Positions 38,947 to 47,557 of a stretch of DNA of 64,000 nt are shown in pieces. Each line of letters opens with the position of its first letter. The first letter of the stretch is position 1. Origin of the DNA: a virus; the IMG/VR virus record IMGVR_UViG_3300020469_000023, positions 1-64,000 of that record. One strand, written 5' to 3'. The notes beneath the pieces were generated by a model. The model did no database searches and was not told the DNA's origin. It was given only the letters and a program-made list of their open reading frames with translations. A program made the position numbers and the translations under genes.

Positions 38947-39243
38947 TTATCCCCAAAGAGCATTACTTATTACACTTGCTATAACTGTTGCACAAGAAAC
39001 TATTACTATCCAAAAAACTCGATGAATTACCATAACAGTTTGAGCATTTGATTGAACTTGTGCCTCTATAGCATCAAGTTTCACACCATGATTGTTCATT
39101 CTGTCGTGGCCATTCGATAGTTGATTTTCAATACTCACTATCTTCTCTTCGACTCTTGCCAATGAAACGATAGCATCTGACAGTTTATCGATTTTATCTT
39201 CGATTCTGTCTAAACGAGTGGTTGAAGTTTCCTTTGCGACCAT
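38947..39243 (-). CDS. Coiled-coil protein with C-terminal TM (XhlA/holin-like)
   Basis: RLDRIEDKIDKL heptads plus TM. Confidence 0.65.
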   Translation of the reverse strand: MVAKETSTTRLDRIEDKIDKLSDAIVSLARVEEKIVSIENQLSNGHDRMNNHGVKLDAIEAQVQSNAQTVMVIHRVFWIVIVSCATVIASVISNALWG

Positions 39244-39310
39244 TTTTTCCCATTTAAGTAAAATTTATACTTTTATTTATACAAATTAATTTCTAGACAT
39301 TGAGTATGAC

Positions 39311-40099
39311 TTAAGAAAAACCTTTATTTTTGTGTAGTTTTTTATTGTCTTGCATGTATTTTTCACATAATAACATACCTAAATCAACTATTGAGTAGTC
39401 AAAACCTAAATAATCAAAAATTTTTATTAATTGTTCTTCTCTTTCATCTTCATCTTCTGTATGTAATAACTTCATTGGGTCTATATGTAACCAATCGTGG
39501 GGTTCTGGTATCCAGTCTTTATATCGTTGTGTAGTAAATAAATTAAATTCTAATGGAGTTTCCCAGATATCACCAATATTGTTTAAACCGAACTCTTGTA
39601 ATAAAGGAGTAAGTTTATTTATTGCAATTCCTTCTGGTTGATTGAATGCCGCAGTTTCTGACATAGTGTGAGTACCTTTACCAAACACTTTTATTTGTGC
39701 TAAGTCTCGACAAAACTTTGAACCTTTAAGTTCTGTTGTATTTAAAATAATAGTCTTCGATACATTCCAATCTGAGTATAAACCTTTTATCCATTGGTCT
39801 TCTTGTACTACATATCCATAACAGTGGTCAATTCGTAATGTCCACTTATCGTTTGAAGTTGTCCAAAGTTCTTCAAAAAACTCTTTTGGACTGTAATCAA
39901 CAAGGCATTTGTGTGTGCCTAAACCTAAATAAAGATGAGAATGATGGTCGAATCTGTCTCTTTTAAATTCGTATTTAGTAATATTATCTATTTTGTCAGT
40001 TTCATGTTGATTGAATTCATGATGGCGTTGTAGATATGATGCTAAGAATTCACCACCATTTCCACCTAAATAATGTATATTTAATAATTTATGTCTCAC
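39311..40099 (-). CDS. Hypothetical protein, possibly P-loop/sulfotransferase-like
   Basis: YLGGNGGEF N-terminus; KIFDYLG near C-terminus. Confidence 0.5.
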   Translation of the reverse strand: MRHKLLNIHYLGGNGGEFLASYLQRHHEFNQHETDKIDNITKYEFKRDRFDHHSHLYLGLGTHKCLVDYSPKEFFEELWTTSNDKWTLRIDHCYGYVVQEDQWIKGLYSDWNVSKTIILNTTELKGSKFCRDLAQIKVFGKGTHTMSETAAFNQPEGIAINKLTPLLQEFGLNNIGDIWETPLEFNLFTTQRYKDWIPEPHDWLHIDPMKLLHTEDEDEREEQLIKIFDYLGFDYSIVDLGMLLCEKYMQDNKKLHKNKGFS

Positions 40100-40108
40100 A
40101 AAAAGTAT

Positions 40109-40447
40109 TTATTTAGTTTTTACGTACAGTCTATTTTTTGCTTGTTTTGTATTATCAAATGACATACCATACATTTTACCTATTCTATTGAGTTGTATGA
40201 CTCTTTGATTGCTAGGCATGTTCATTAATTGTTTTTGCATTGTACCAAATAGTTTTTTCATTGCATCTATTTCAGTAGTAACCATTTGTCCTTCTTCTAC
40301 ATTTTCACCACGAGCATTCTTAAAATCTTGGGCCGAAGGTGCGCCTTTCTCACCAGGTTTTCTCATCTTCTTACCACTTTTTCGTTTCTTATGGATATTG
40401 GCCCATAAAGACTCGTTTGAAGAAGCGAATTGTTTAAATGATTTCAT
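40109..40447 (-). CDS. Putative internal head protein with capsid-targeting-like leader
   Basis: MKSFKQFASSNE then SLWANIHKKRK...KPGEKGAPS. Confidence 0.7.
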   Translation of the reverse strand: MKSFKQFASSNESLWANIHKKRKSGKKMRKPGEKGAPSAQDFKNARGENVEEGQMVTTEIDAMKKLFGTMQKQLMNMPSNQRVIQLNRIGKMYGMSFDNTKQAKNRLYVKTK

Positions 40448-43155
40448 TTTCCGAGTAGTCTTTTTAGACCTTGAACTGTCATTTTCTTATCGTTCATTGC
40501 AGTTTGAACTTTAAGTCTGTCTTGTGGTTTACGAATTGCATCAAACTTTTTCATCATCATCTTAGCATCTGCTGGTTTCAACATTACTTTTTTACCATTT
40601 CGTAATTCTATTTGTGCAGGTCTTTGTAAATCTGTAACTTTTCTTATTTGCATAACAACATTTTTATCTGCGGCCTTTCTGTCATCTTTAGTTGCAACAC
40701 CGTAACCATCATCGTCTTTATCTTTACGTTTACCCATATCTCTCATTGCATCTGCTTTTGCACGAGACATAGATTCTGTATTTATTGCCTTTTCTAAATC
40801 ATCTGCCTGTTTTGCATGAGTCTTAGAACCACCTCTTAACTTCTTAACTAAGTCTTTGACAAATGGTTTGTCTTTGGCATCTAATGCTTCTGACTTAGGT
40901 TTCTCATGAGTATAACCCATTTTACCAAACTTCATATGGTCAGCATATGTATTTGCCATGACTTCTTTATCACCCTTATACATTTTATGTGGTTTAAAGT
41001 CTTTCTCATCTGCACATTCATTCTTAGGTTTCTCACCTCGTTCTTTCTTAGAGATTGCAATTGCGGCCTGTTGTGCGGGAGATACTGCTTCTATTTTATA
41101 TTTTTTACCATAATTAGTCATAAGTGTTTTTAATGCTTTTAAATCTCTTTTGTCATAGGCATTTCCCAAAGCAAGATAAAGTGTAGAATCAATTTGTCCT
41201 TTTGGTTTAACAATCTTAGCAATTTTTTCTTGTTCTGCTTTACCCAATCTAGGGAATCTTTCTTTAACTCTTTGTAATATTGCTTTTTGGTTAGGTGATA
41301 CTGCTTCTTTTTGCATTAACATTTTAGTATTAAGAGTTCCAATCATTTTAAGGATTGAGTCTCTTGCATCTAAAACTTTTTTATAGTCTTTGTTATGTCT
41401 TGTATCTTTTAATTCTTTATCACCTATAGTTGCAATCTTTTGATAAGTTTGTAAAACCTTTTGCATGTCTTTGGAGAGTTTTTTCATTGCATCTACTTCT
41501 TGTCTTGTGACTTCTTGTAAATCAGTTGACTCTTTTCTTGATTTACCAGCAACTTTCATTGTAAGATTAACAAGTCCTGGTAATTTAAGTGTGTCCATTC
41601 TTTTCTTGTTCTGTGAATTAACTTTGTCATATACAGATGCTATCATACTTGCAGTTGTTAAGTCAAGTTGCATACCGTCTATTTTCATCATAGATTTTTT
41701 CTTAACTACTTGACGAACCTTCTTCATAGTTGCAGACTCTTCGTTAAGTGGTGTACCTGATTTATAACCTTCGTATATCAAACTGAATATTAATCCATTA
41801 CTTGCTTGTAAAATAACTTCATAAACATCGTCCCTAATTGCAGTATCTAAATCTGCAAACAAGTTTAATTCTTTAGGGTCTCTCATTATCTTTTTACCCT
41901 TTTTAGTAATAGTCATTCCTTTTGAGATTACATCAATTATCTTCTTAATTTTTGGGGCGTCCATTTCATCTCTCGGTTCACCTTTACCAAAAGCGGCGCC
42001 TTTCTTAGCGGCACCTCTTCTATCTTGGTTCATTATTCTTGCAAGTGACCTAACAATAAGAGAAGTATTCGGGTCTTTTATTTTATGTTTACCGTCTTTC
42101 TTTTTCTGAAGCATGTCCATGACATCATCATGTTCCATTGCTGGACCCGATGCTCTAGATTTTTTGAATTTGGTTCTAATTTTTCGTTCAAGACCGTCTT
42201 GGCCTGGTTTTAGTGCAAATTGTTTTTCTAACAAGTCAAGTTGTTCTTCAAGAGAGTTTAGTTGTGCAAGTACATCTTCTGTTGCAGTATCTTTAGTTCT
42301 TTGTATTTCGTCTTTCTCTTGTTCTGCTTCTCTTTTATGTTTTGCTTTTAAGTCTGCCATTTCTTTTGCTCTTTCAACTGCATCTTCAATTAAAGACGGG
42401 TCTCCATAAGATGATTTACCTCTTGCCACTGCATCAAAGTCTCTTAACTGTTTCTTATTGCCACTCATAGTTACAAGAGTATCATTACCTTTTTTCTTAA
42501 ATGCTACTTTCAACTTCATTAACTTTGCAGATGAATTAAACTTGTCCATTTCAGGTTTTTGTATACCTTTAACTCGGTAAGTCATCGTATTTTCATTTAT
42601 CGATTCTTTCATAGCAGGTAGTTCACCCATTTTAATCGCCATTCTTGAGAAACCTTTTGGATTTTGTTTCTGCATTGACTGTAAAACTTTAACACTAGTC
42701 ATGTTCATAAGATTTGCAATACCGTCTATCTCTTTTCTATTTCTAGTTTTGAATAGTTTACCCAACTTATCTTCCATAGACTCTTCAAGGTCTTTTCTTT
42801 TTAAAACTTTAGTTTTCTTTACTTTACCAAGTGGTATACCATCTGGCATTGCAACAGAAGTTGTGCTTGTCATATCTTCGTTTGCAGTTTTAAGTGCTTG
42901 TTGAACAACAGGCATCTTTGAAAGACCTCTTTTAAGTTTTTCTATTTCTTTACTTGCGAGAGTATAATTACCACCTAAATCAAGTGCAAGTTCAATTGCT
43001 TTCTTAACTGTCTTGTCTTTAGCGGCCATTTTTGCTTTAGGATTATCTTTATAATACTTTGCAACTTCTTGACCCGTAAGTTTAGACTTACCCATTTTAG
43101 ATAATGGGTCTAACTTACCACCTTTAACTCTTTCAGATATGTCTCTGAACTTCAT
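40444..43155 (-). CDS. Putative virion-packaged polyprotein of basic modules
   Basis: MKFRDISE leader; about 12 Lys/Met-rich modules bounded by Glu sites. Confidence 0.65.
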   Translation of the reverse strand: MKFRDISERVKGGKLDPLSKMGKSKLTGQEVAKYYKDNPKAKMAAKDKTVKKAIELALDLGGNYTLASKEIEKLKRGLSKMPVVQQALKTANEDMTSTTSVAMPDGIPLGKVKKTKVLKRKDLEESMEDKLGKLFKTRNRKEIDGIANLMNMTSVKVLQSMQKQNPKGFSRMAIKMGELPAMKESINENTMTYRVKGIQKPEMDKFNSSAKLMKLKVAFKKKGNDTLVTMSGNKKQLRDFDAVARGKSSYGDPSLIEDAVERAKEMADLKAKHKREAEQEKDEIQRTKDTATEDVLAQLNSLEEQLDLLEKQFALKPGQDGLERKIRTKFKKSRASGPAMEHDDVMDMLQKKKDGKHKIKDPNTSLIVRSLARIMNQDRRGAAKKGAAFGKGEPRDEMDAPKIKKIIDVISKGMTITKKGKKIMRDPKELNLFADLDTAIRDDVYEVILQASNGLIFSLIYEGYKSGTPLNEESATMKKVRQVVKKKSMMKIDGMQLDLTTASMIASVYDKVNSQNKKRMDTLKLPGLVNLTMKVAGKSRKESTDLQEVTRQEVDAMKKLSKDMQKVLQTYQKIATIGDKELKDTRHNKDYKKVLDARDSILKMIGTLNTKMLMQKEAVSPNQKAILQRVKERFPRLGKAEQEKIAKIVKPKGQIDSTLYLALGNAYDKRDLKALKTLMTNYGKKYKIEAVSPAQQAAIAISKKERGEKPKNECADEKDFKPHKMYKGDKEVMANTYADHMKFGKMGYTHEKPKSEALDAKDKPFVKDLVKKLRGGSKTHAKQADDLEKAINTESMSRAKADAMRDMGKRKDKDDDGYGVATKDDRKAADKNVVMQIRKVTDLQRPAQIELRNGKKVMLKPADAKMMMKKFDAIRKPQDRLKVQTAMNDKKMTVQGLKRLLGK

Positions 43156-43163
43156 TGATACTC

Positions 43164-43430
43164 CTATCTAAATGCTACTGAAACTCCAAGAACTGCCGCG
43201 TTTGCCGCAAATATCTCGTCTGTCTTACCTTTTCTTACGTATATCTCTTGATTACCAGCAAGTGTAAAAGTTCCTATTGCCACTCCAGCAGAAGTTTCAA
43301 CTGTAACTAATCTTGCAGTACCACCACTATTAATAAGGCGAACTAATCCTGCTTTACCAAAATTACTACCATTAGTAGTCGATGTACCACATGCGGCCTC
43401 TGTTCCTAATACTTGAATATATCTTGCCAT
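43164..43430 (-). CDS. Small beta-rich putative virion protein
   Basis: GGAG SD; Gly/Ala/Thr-rich. Confidence 0.6.
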   Translation of the reverse strand: MARYIQVLGTEAACGTSTTNGSNFGKAGLVRLINSGGTARLVTVETSAGVAIGTFTLAGNQEIYVRKGKTDEIFAANAAVLGVSVAFR

Positions 43431-43439
43431 GTTTTTCTC

Positions 43440-43685
43440 CTAACCTAAATCTTGGTCGTGATTTAATTTAATACCTTTCTTTTTCTTAGTAATGAAGGCA
43501 TTAACTCTTGCCATACCCCATTGTGCTGGAGTTGTCCCTGGTCTATGACCAGTTCTCCATGCGGCAACACCTCTATCGAATACTTTTTTTAAAGTTTTAA
43601 ATGCAAATCCAGACTTTGATGCCTTGTTTTGAAGACCTTTAGTCGAACTTTCTTCTATTTCTGCATATTCTTTAAAAGATATCAT
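43440..43685 (-). CDS. DUF5824-like basic protein with capsid-targeting-like leader
   Basis: Start moved to MISFKEYAEIEE, after TATAAATA 43691-43698; VFDRGVAAWRTGHRPGTTPAQWGMARVN. Confidence 0.75.
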   Translation of the reverse strand: MISFKEYAEIEESSTKGLQNKASKSGFAFKTLKKVFDRGVAAWRTGHRPGTTPAQWGMARVNAFITKKKKGIKLNHDQDLG

Positions 43686-43701
43686 GTTTCTATTTATACT
43701 A

Positions 43702-44940
43702 TTAGTCATCGCCAAACATTTGTTTGTATGATTTCGTATGTTTACTAAGTTTTGTTCCTTTCTTTCTTGCCTTTTTGTCTCCAGGTGCATCTTTGTATGC
43801 AGATGGATTATCATCGTCCATCTTACCATGTTTAGCAAAATGTGATGCTCTAGAACTTTTCGTTTTCTTTGCTACACCTTTATAGTAAACAGATGGTTGC
43901 GAACCTTCTTTATCTTTGACATCTTTATCTTGAGCAACTCTTGCCTTTTCTTTTTCCATGATAGTCGCAACGTCATCAACAATTTTTTCTGCAACACGTT
44001 TAGCAGTAGCAGTAGCAATTGCCATTTTTTTACTCATGTCCATTTTAGGGTTATCTTTTTCAATTGCTTTTGCTATCTCTTCTCTTTTCTTAAGTTCTGC
44101 TGGTGTTAGTTTCTTTTCAACAAGTTCTATTGCATCTAACCATTTACGTACTTTCTTTTTATCACTTGTTTCAATAATAACATAATTAGAACCTAATACT
44201 GTAATAACACCAACTTCTTCTGATTCTTTGATAACAACAGTATCGCCTATTTCATAAAGACTACCTTTGATGTAGTTCTCTCGAAGTTCGTTTAATTTAC
44301 CAAGGTCAACATGACGTTTGAACTTTTTCTCTTCTTTAAGTCCCATGCCTTTACGAACATCATTAAATAACTTACGAGTATCTTTATCATTCATTGTGCT
44401 TGGTACACCTTGAGAGAATGCAGTATAATCATTTTGTTGAGCATTTGCTCTTTGTTTTGATGCAGACATACCAGCAACTCCTTCAGCATCTGGGTCACGT
44501 TCACCTGCAGACAATACATTAATTGATTCAAAGTTGTAGAAACCATGTCTACCTTTGACACCATTATACTTTTTCAATAGTGTGTCAAACTCTCTAACTC
44601 TATCAGAACCAACAATCATATTTACTTTACGATATCCTTGGTCATATAGTTCTGTTACAGCATCAAAGGCAGTTCTTATCTTTTTATTAATGATAATACT
44701 TCTACCATGTTTTGGAAACATTTTTCGCATATGTTTGATTTTATCTGAGTAAGATAGTGGGTCTTTCTTTGGATTAGATACTTGTGAAGTAAAAACTTTA
44801 TAGTCATTTCTACCAGATTTCTTTGCTAAATTTTCAAGTACTTTACCATGTCCAATAGTAGGTGGATTCATTCTACCAAACGTGAAGAATACCTCTCTTT
44901 CTGCTTCAATTAAATATTGTGAAAAGTTTTTGATTGCCAT
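43702..44940 (-). CDS. HIGH-motif nucleotidyltransferase (cytidylyltransferase-like) with C-terminal basic modules
   Basis: FTFGRMNPPTIGH, VGSDR, SAGERDPDAEG..GMSASK; leader MAIKNFSQYLIE. Confidence 0.85.
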   Translation of the reverse strand: MAIKNFSQYLIEAEREVFFTFGRMNPPTIGHGKVLENLAKKSGRNDYKVFTSQVSNPKKDPLSYSDKIKHMRKMFPKHGRSIIINKKIRTAFDAVTELYDQGYRKVNMIVGSDRVREFDTLLKKYNGVKGRHGFYNFESINVLSAGERDPDAEGVAGMSASKQRANAQQNDYTAFSQGVPSTMNDKDTRKLFNDVRKGMGLKEEKKFKRHVDLGKLNELRENYIKGSLYEIGDTVVIKESEEVGVITVLGSNYVIIETSDKKKVRKWLDAIELVEKKLTPAELKKREEIAKAIEKDNPKMDMSKKMAIATATAKRVAEKIVDDVATIMEKEKARVAQDKDVKDKEGSQPSVYYKGVAKKTKSSRASHFAKHGKMDDDNPSAYKDAPGDKKARKKGTKLSKHTKSYKQMFGDD

Positions 44941-44946
44941 GATATA

Positions 44947-45309
44947 TTACTTATCTTCTTTAGATTTCTTTTTCTTTGCTAACTCATCTTTCCTTACTTG
45001 TGGTAAAATCTTTACAGCAAACTTTTTAATCTTATTTTTCATTTTGTCAAGTTTTTTCTCAATCTCATTTCTTCGAGCAAGAGATACTTGTTGAGGTGCT
45101 TGACCTTTAGTTATTTTCTTAAAGAACTTTAGACGTGCTTTTTTCAATGCACGTTTCTTTAGTTTCTCAGGTGATGCTATTTTACGGGCCGCTTTCTTTC
45201 GACCCATTGCGATTTTTGCCTTGATTTTTTTGAATTGACGAGACCTCTTCAACCTTTGTTGAACTGTCATTGCTTCGTCTGTAGTTGTGAACTCTTTAAA
45301 TGATTTCAT
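44947..45309 (-). CDS. Extremely basic prohead-core-like protein
   Basis: MKSFKEFTTTDE leader, then K/R-rich helix. Confidence 0.7.
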   Translation of the reverse strand: MKSFKEFTTTDEAMTVQQRLKRSRQFKKIKAKIAMGRKKAARKIASPEKLKKRALKKARLKFFKKITKGQAPQQVSLARRNEIEKKLDKMKNKIKKFAVKILPQVRKDELAKKKKSKEDK

Positions 45310-45310
45310 T

Positions 45311-47557
45311 TTACCTCGGTTTATCCCATCCTTTCAATATATTAGCAGAAAAGTTATTATAAGAAAATTCTAATCTATCAACTAACTTAACTGCACCACC
45401 ACCTAACTTATCAATAGCAACATATCCTTCTGCACCTGTTGTTTTATAACCATTTCTTGTTTTTACAAATGCATCTATATTGCTAATGTTGTTTAATCTA
45501 TTTATAAGTTTTAGTTTTGCGAGAACTATATTCTTCTGTAAATCAAACATATTGACAAGCGAAACTCTATTTTGTGGTGAAAAGAACTTTAAAATTGTGT
45601 CTAATTTATCTTGTTGTGTTTGTTTTCCTTTTGCAGTTTTACGTTTGTCCATTTCTTTTTTATATTTATTCTCAATCCAACGTATCAATCTTGCAGTATG
45701 TTTCTTACTGTCTGGTAACATTTGCCCTGCTCTAACAAAAGTATTATTGTATTGTTCGATTAATTGTGCAAGTTCTGGATTCTTTTCTAGTTCTCGAAGT
45801 GTATCACCAGCGACTTTGTTAAAAAGAAAACCAGCAGTACTTAAATAACCTGTAACTTCTGTTGTTTCTTTTTCATTCATTGTTGCCTCACCAGCGCCAC
45901 TTAGTTCTGCATCTTGCGACCAAACTGCTGGAGAAGATGGTATCTTTTTCACACCATACGATGCTTTCATTGATGCAAAGTCTTTACCTTTATATGTTGT
46001 ATGCCAAACTATACCAATCTGTGACTTAGTAATACGTTTGGCCGCTTCTGTACCTGATTCAACTGCATAGACAATTGTGTTTGGGTGAAATGTAATATAC
46101 TGCTTACCATCTATTTTAGTTTTACTTAAGTCTTGTTTTGAGTATAAGAAGTCTCCTTGTATGACATCTTTAATACCAAGATTCTTTAAATGCTTCAATG
46201 CAAGTTTTAGTTTCTCTGCTAAATCGCCTGAAGTATCAGCATCAATATCAGCATTTGATTTATATACTTTTGGATTCTTAGCAAAGATACCTTTCTTAGC
46301 AACAAAGAACTTACCATCACTTGGGTCTTCACCACAGAAGATTGCTGGTGCACCATCCCACTTAACTGACATCTTAGTTGATGATTTACCTGCTAACATA
46401 TCACGTATACTTCTCAAGGCATTGATTGCCTCTCTTGTACCTTTGACTCCACCATACAAAACTTTATCTTCTATATGTGTCATGTGTGTATTCTTTTCTT
46501 CTGGTAAGAAAAGACTTTTGTAAGATTCTGTCTGAAATGGTGTCAACTTACGATACTTTTTATTGTTCTTCGGGTGATATTCCATGTAGTCTTCGTTTCT
46601 TTCTTTAGTTTTCTTTTTCATCTTATTAATATATGTACGATAGATTGCCGCTTCTGCAGATTTACCCATTTCTTTTGCACGTTGTTCCATAGCAACTGCC
46701 GCTTGGATTTTGTGTGCATGTTTTTTACCAGAGTTTTCTATCTTCTTAACACTTGCTCTTGCAGTTTCAACGTCTTTAAATCCTAATCCATGTATTGTAC
46801 CTTTAGGGTTTTCATCTGTATATAAATCAGAATGTTTTTTAGAGTTAGCGGGTTGACCTTTCTTTCTAGGTATTCTAGGGTTTGTCTCTTCTTTCTGAGT
46901 CTTTATCCACTTTTGTGCAATTGGATTCATAGGTTTCTTGTCTGCAAATTGTTTTATTATTCTAAATGCTCTAGTTGTTTCTTTATTATAGTCTTTTCCA
47001 TCTGAGTTGTCAACTATTGTCAATCTACTTTTAAATGCTCTTTGATATTTACCAACGTTTCTTTGAACATTGTCCCACATCTTTGCAACTTCTTTCGGGT
47101 CTAGTTTTCTTGCTCTTTCCATATTTCTACGTAAAGCAGTTTCTTTATCTGTGTTGACAAATATCATTGCAGTAGAATAACCTAATTCTTTTAGTTTTTC
47201 ATTCTGTCTAATTATTTTATCTGCATCACGCCCTGTACCATCAATGACTAAACCAAGTCTGCCTTTCATATACATCATTTGTTGTTTTGCAGTCAACTCT
47301 TTTGCTTTAGTTCTTATATCTTGACCACCAACAGAAAAAATATTATCAGGGTTCATTTCTAGACCTGCTTGATTCATTGCACGTTCAAATGCAGTATCAG
47401 AATTTACAACTTTAAAACCTAAAGATGTAAGTCCTGTTTTACCAACAATAAATGATTTACCACTACCTGGTCCACCAGCAAGAAAGATTGCTTTGAAGAT
47501 TGCAGGGTCATTAACACCTTCTTCAACTTCTGCTATGTGTTCATTAAAACTTAACAT
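45311..47557 (-). CDS. Multidomain protein: P-loop kinase + basic module + ligase-like (DUF6267-like) domain
   Basis: GGPGSGKS, VIDGTG, R...R lid; SVKWDGAP, IQGDFL, EGYV, VKLVDRLEFS. Confidence 0.75.
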   Translation of the reverse strand: MLSFNEHIAEVEEGVNDPAIFKAIFLAGGPGSGKSFIVGKTGLTSLGFKVVNSDTAFERAMNQAGLEMNPDNIFSVGGQDIRTKAKELTAKQQMMYMKGRLGLVIDGTGRDADKIIRQNEKLKELGYSTAMIFVNTDKETALRRNMERARKLDPKEVAKMWDNVQRNVGKYQRAFKSRLTIVDNSDGKDYNKETTRAFRIIKQFADKKPMNPIAQKWIKTQKEETNPRIPRKKGQPANSKKHSDLYTDENPKGTIHGLGFKDVETARASVKKIENSGKKHAHKIQAAVAMEQRAKEMGKSAEAAIYRTYINKMKKKTKERNEDYMEYHPKNNKKYRKLTPFQTESYKSLFLPEEKNTHMTHIEDKVLYGGVKGTREAINALRSIRDMLAGKSSTKMSVKWDGAPAIFCGEDPSDGKFFVAKKGIFAKNPKVYKSNADIDADTSGDLAEKLKLALKHLKNLGIKDVIQGDFLYSKQDLSKTKIDGKQYITFHPNTIVYAVESGTEAAKRITKSQIGIVWHTTYKGKDFASMKASYGVKKIPSSPAVWSQDAELSGAGEATMNEKETTEVTGYLSTAGFLFNKVAGDTLRELEKNPELAQLIEQYNNTFVRAGQMLPDSKKHTARLIRWIENKYKKEMDKRKTAKGKQTQQDKLDTILKFFSPQNRVSLVNMFDLQKNIVLAKLKLINRLNNISNIDAFVKTRNGYKTTGAEGYVAIDKLGGGAVKLVDRLEFSYNNFSANILKGWDKPR

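Noticed and set aside
43686-43838. N-terminal extension of ORF 43440-43838
   Set aside because: It overlaps the upstream gene; the late promoter and leader motif indicate a start at 43685
46890-47557. Zeta toxin-antitoxin module
   Set aside because: No epsilon-like antitoxin; the kinase is part of a leader-tagged fusion
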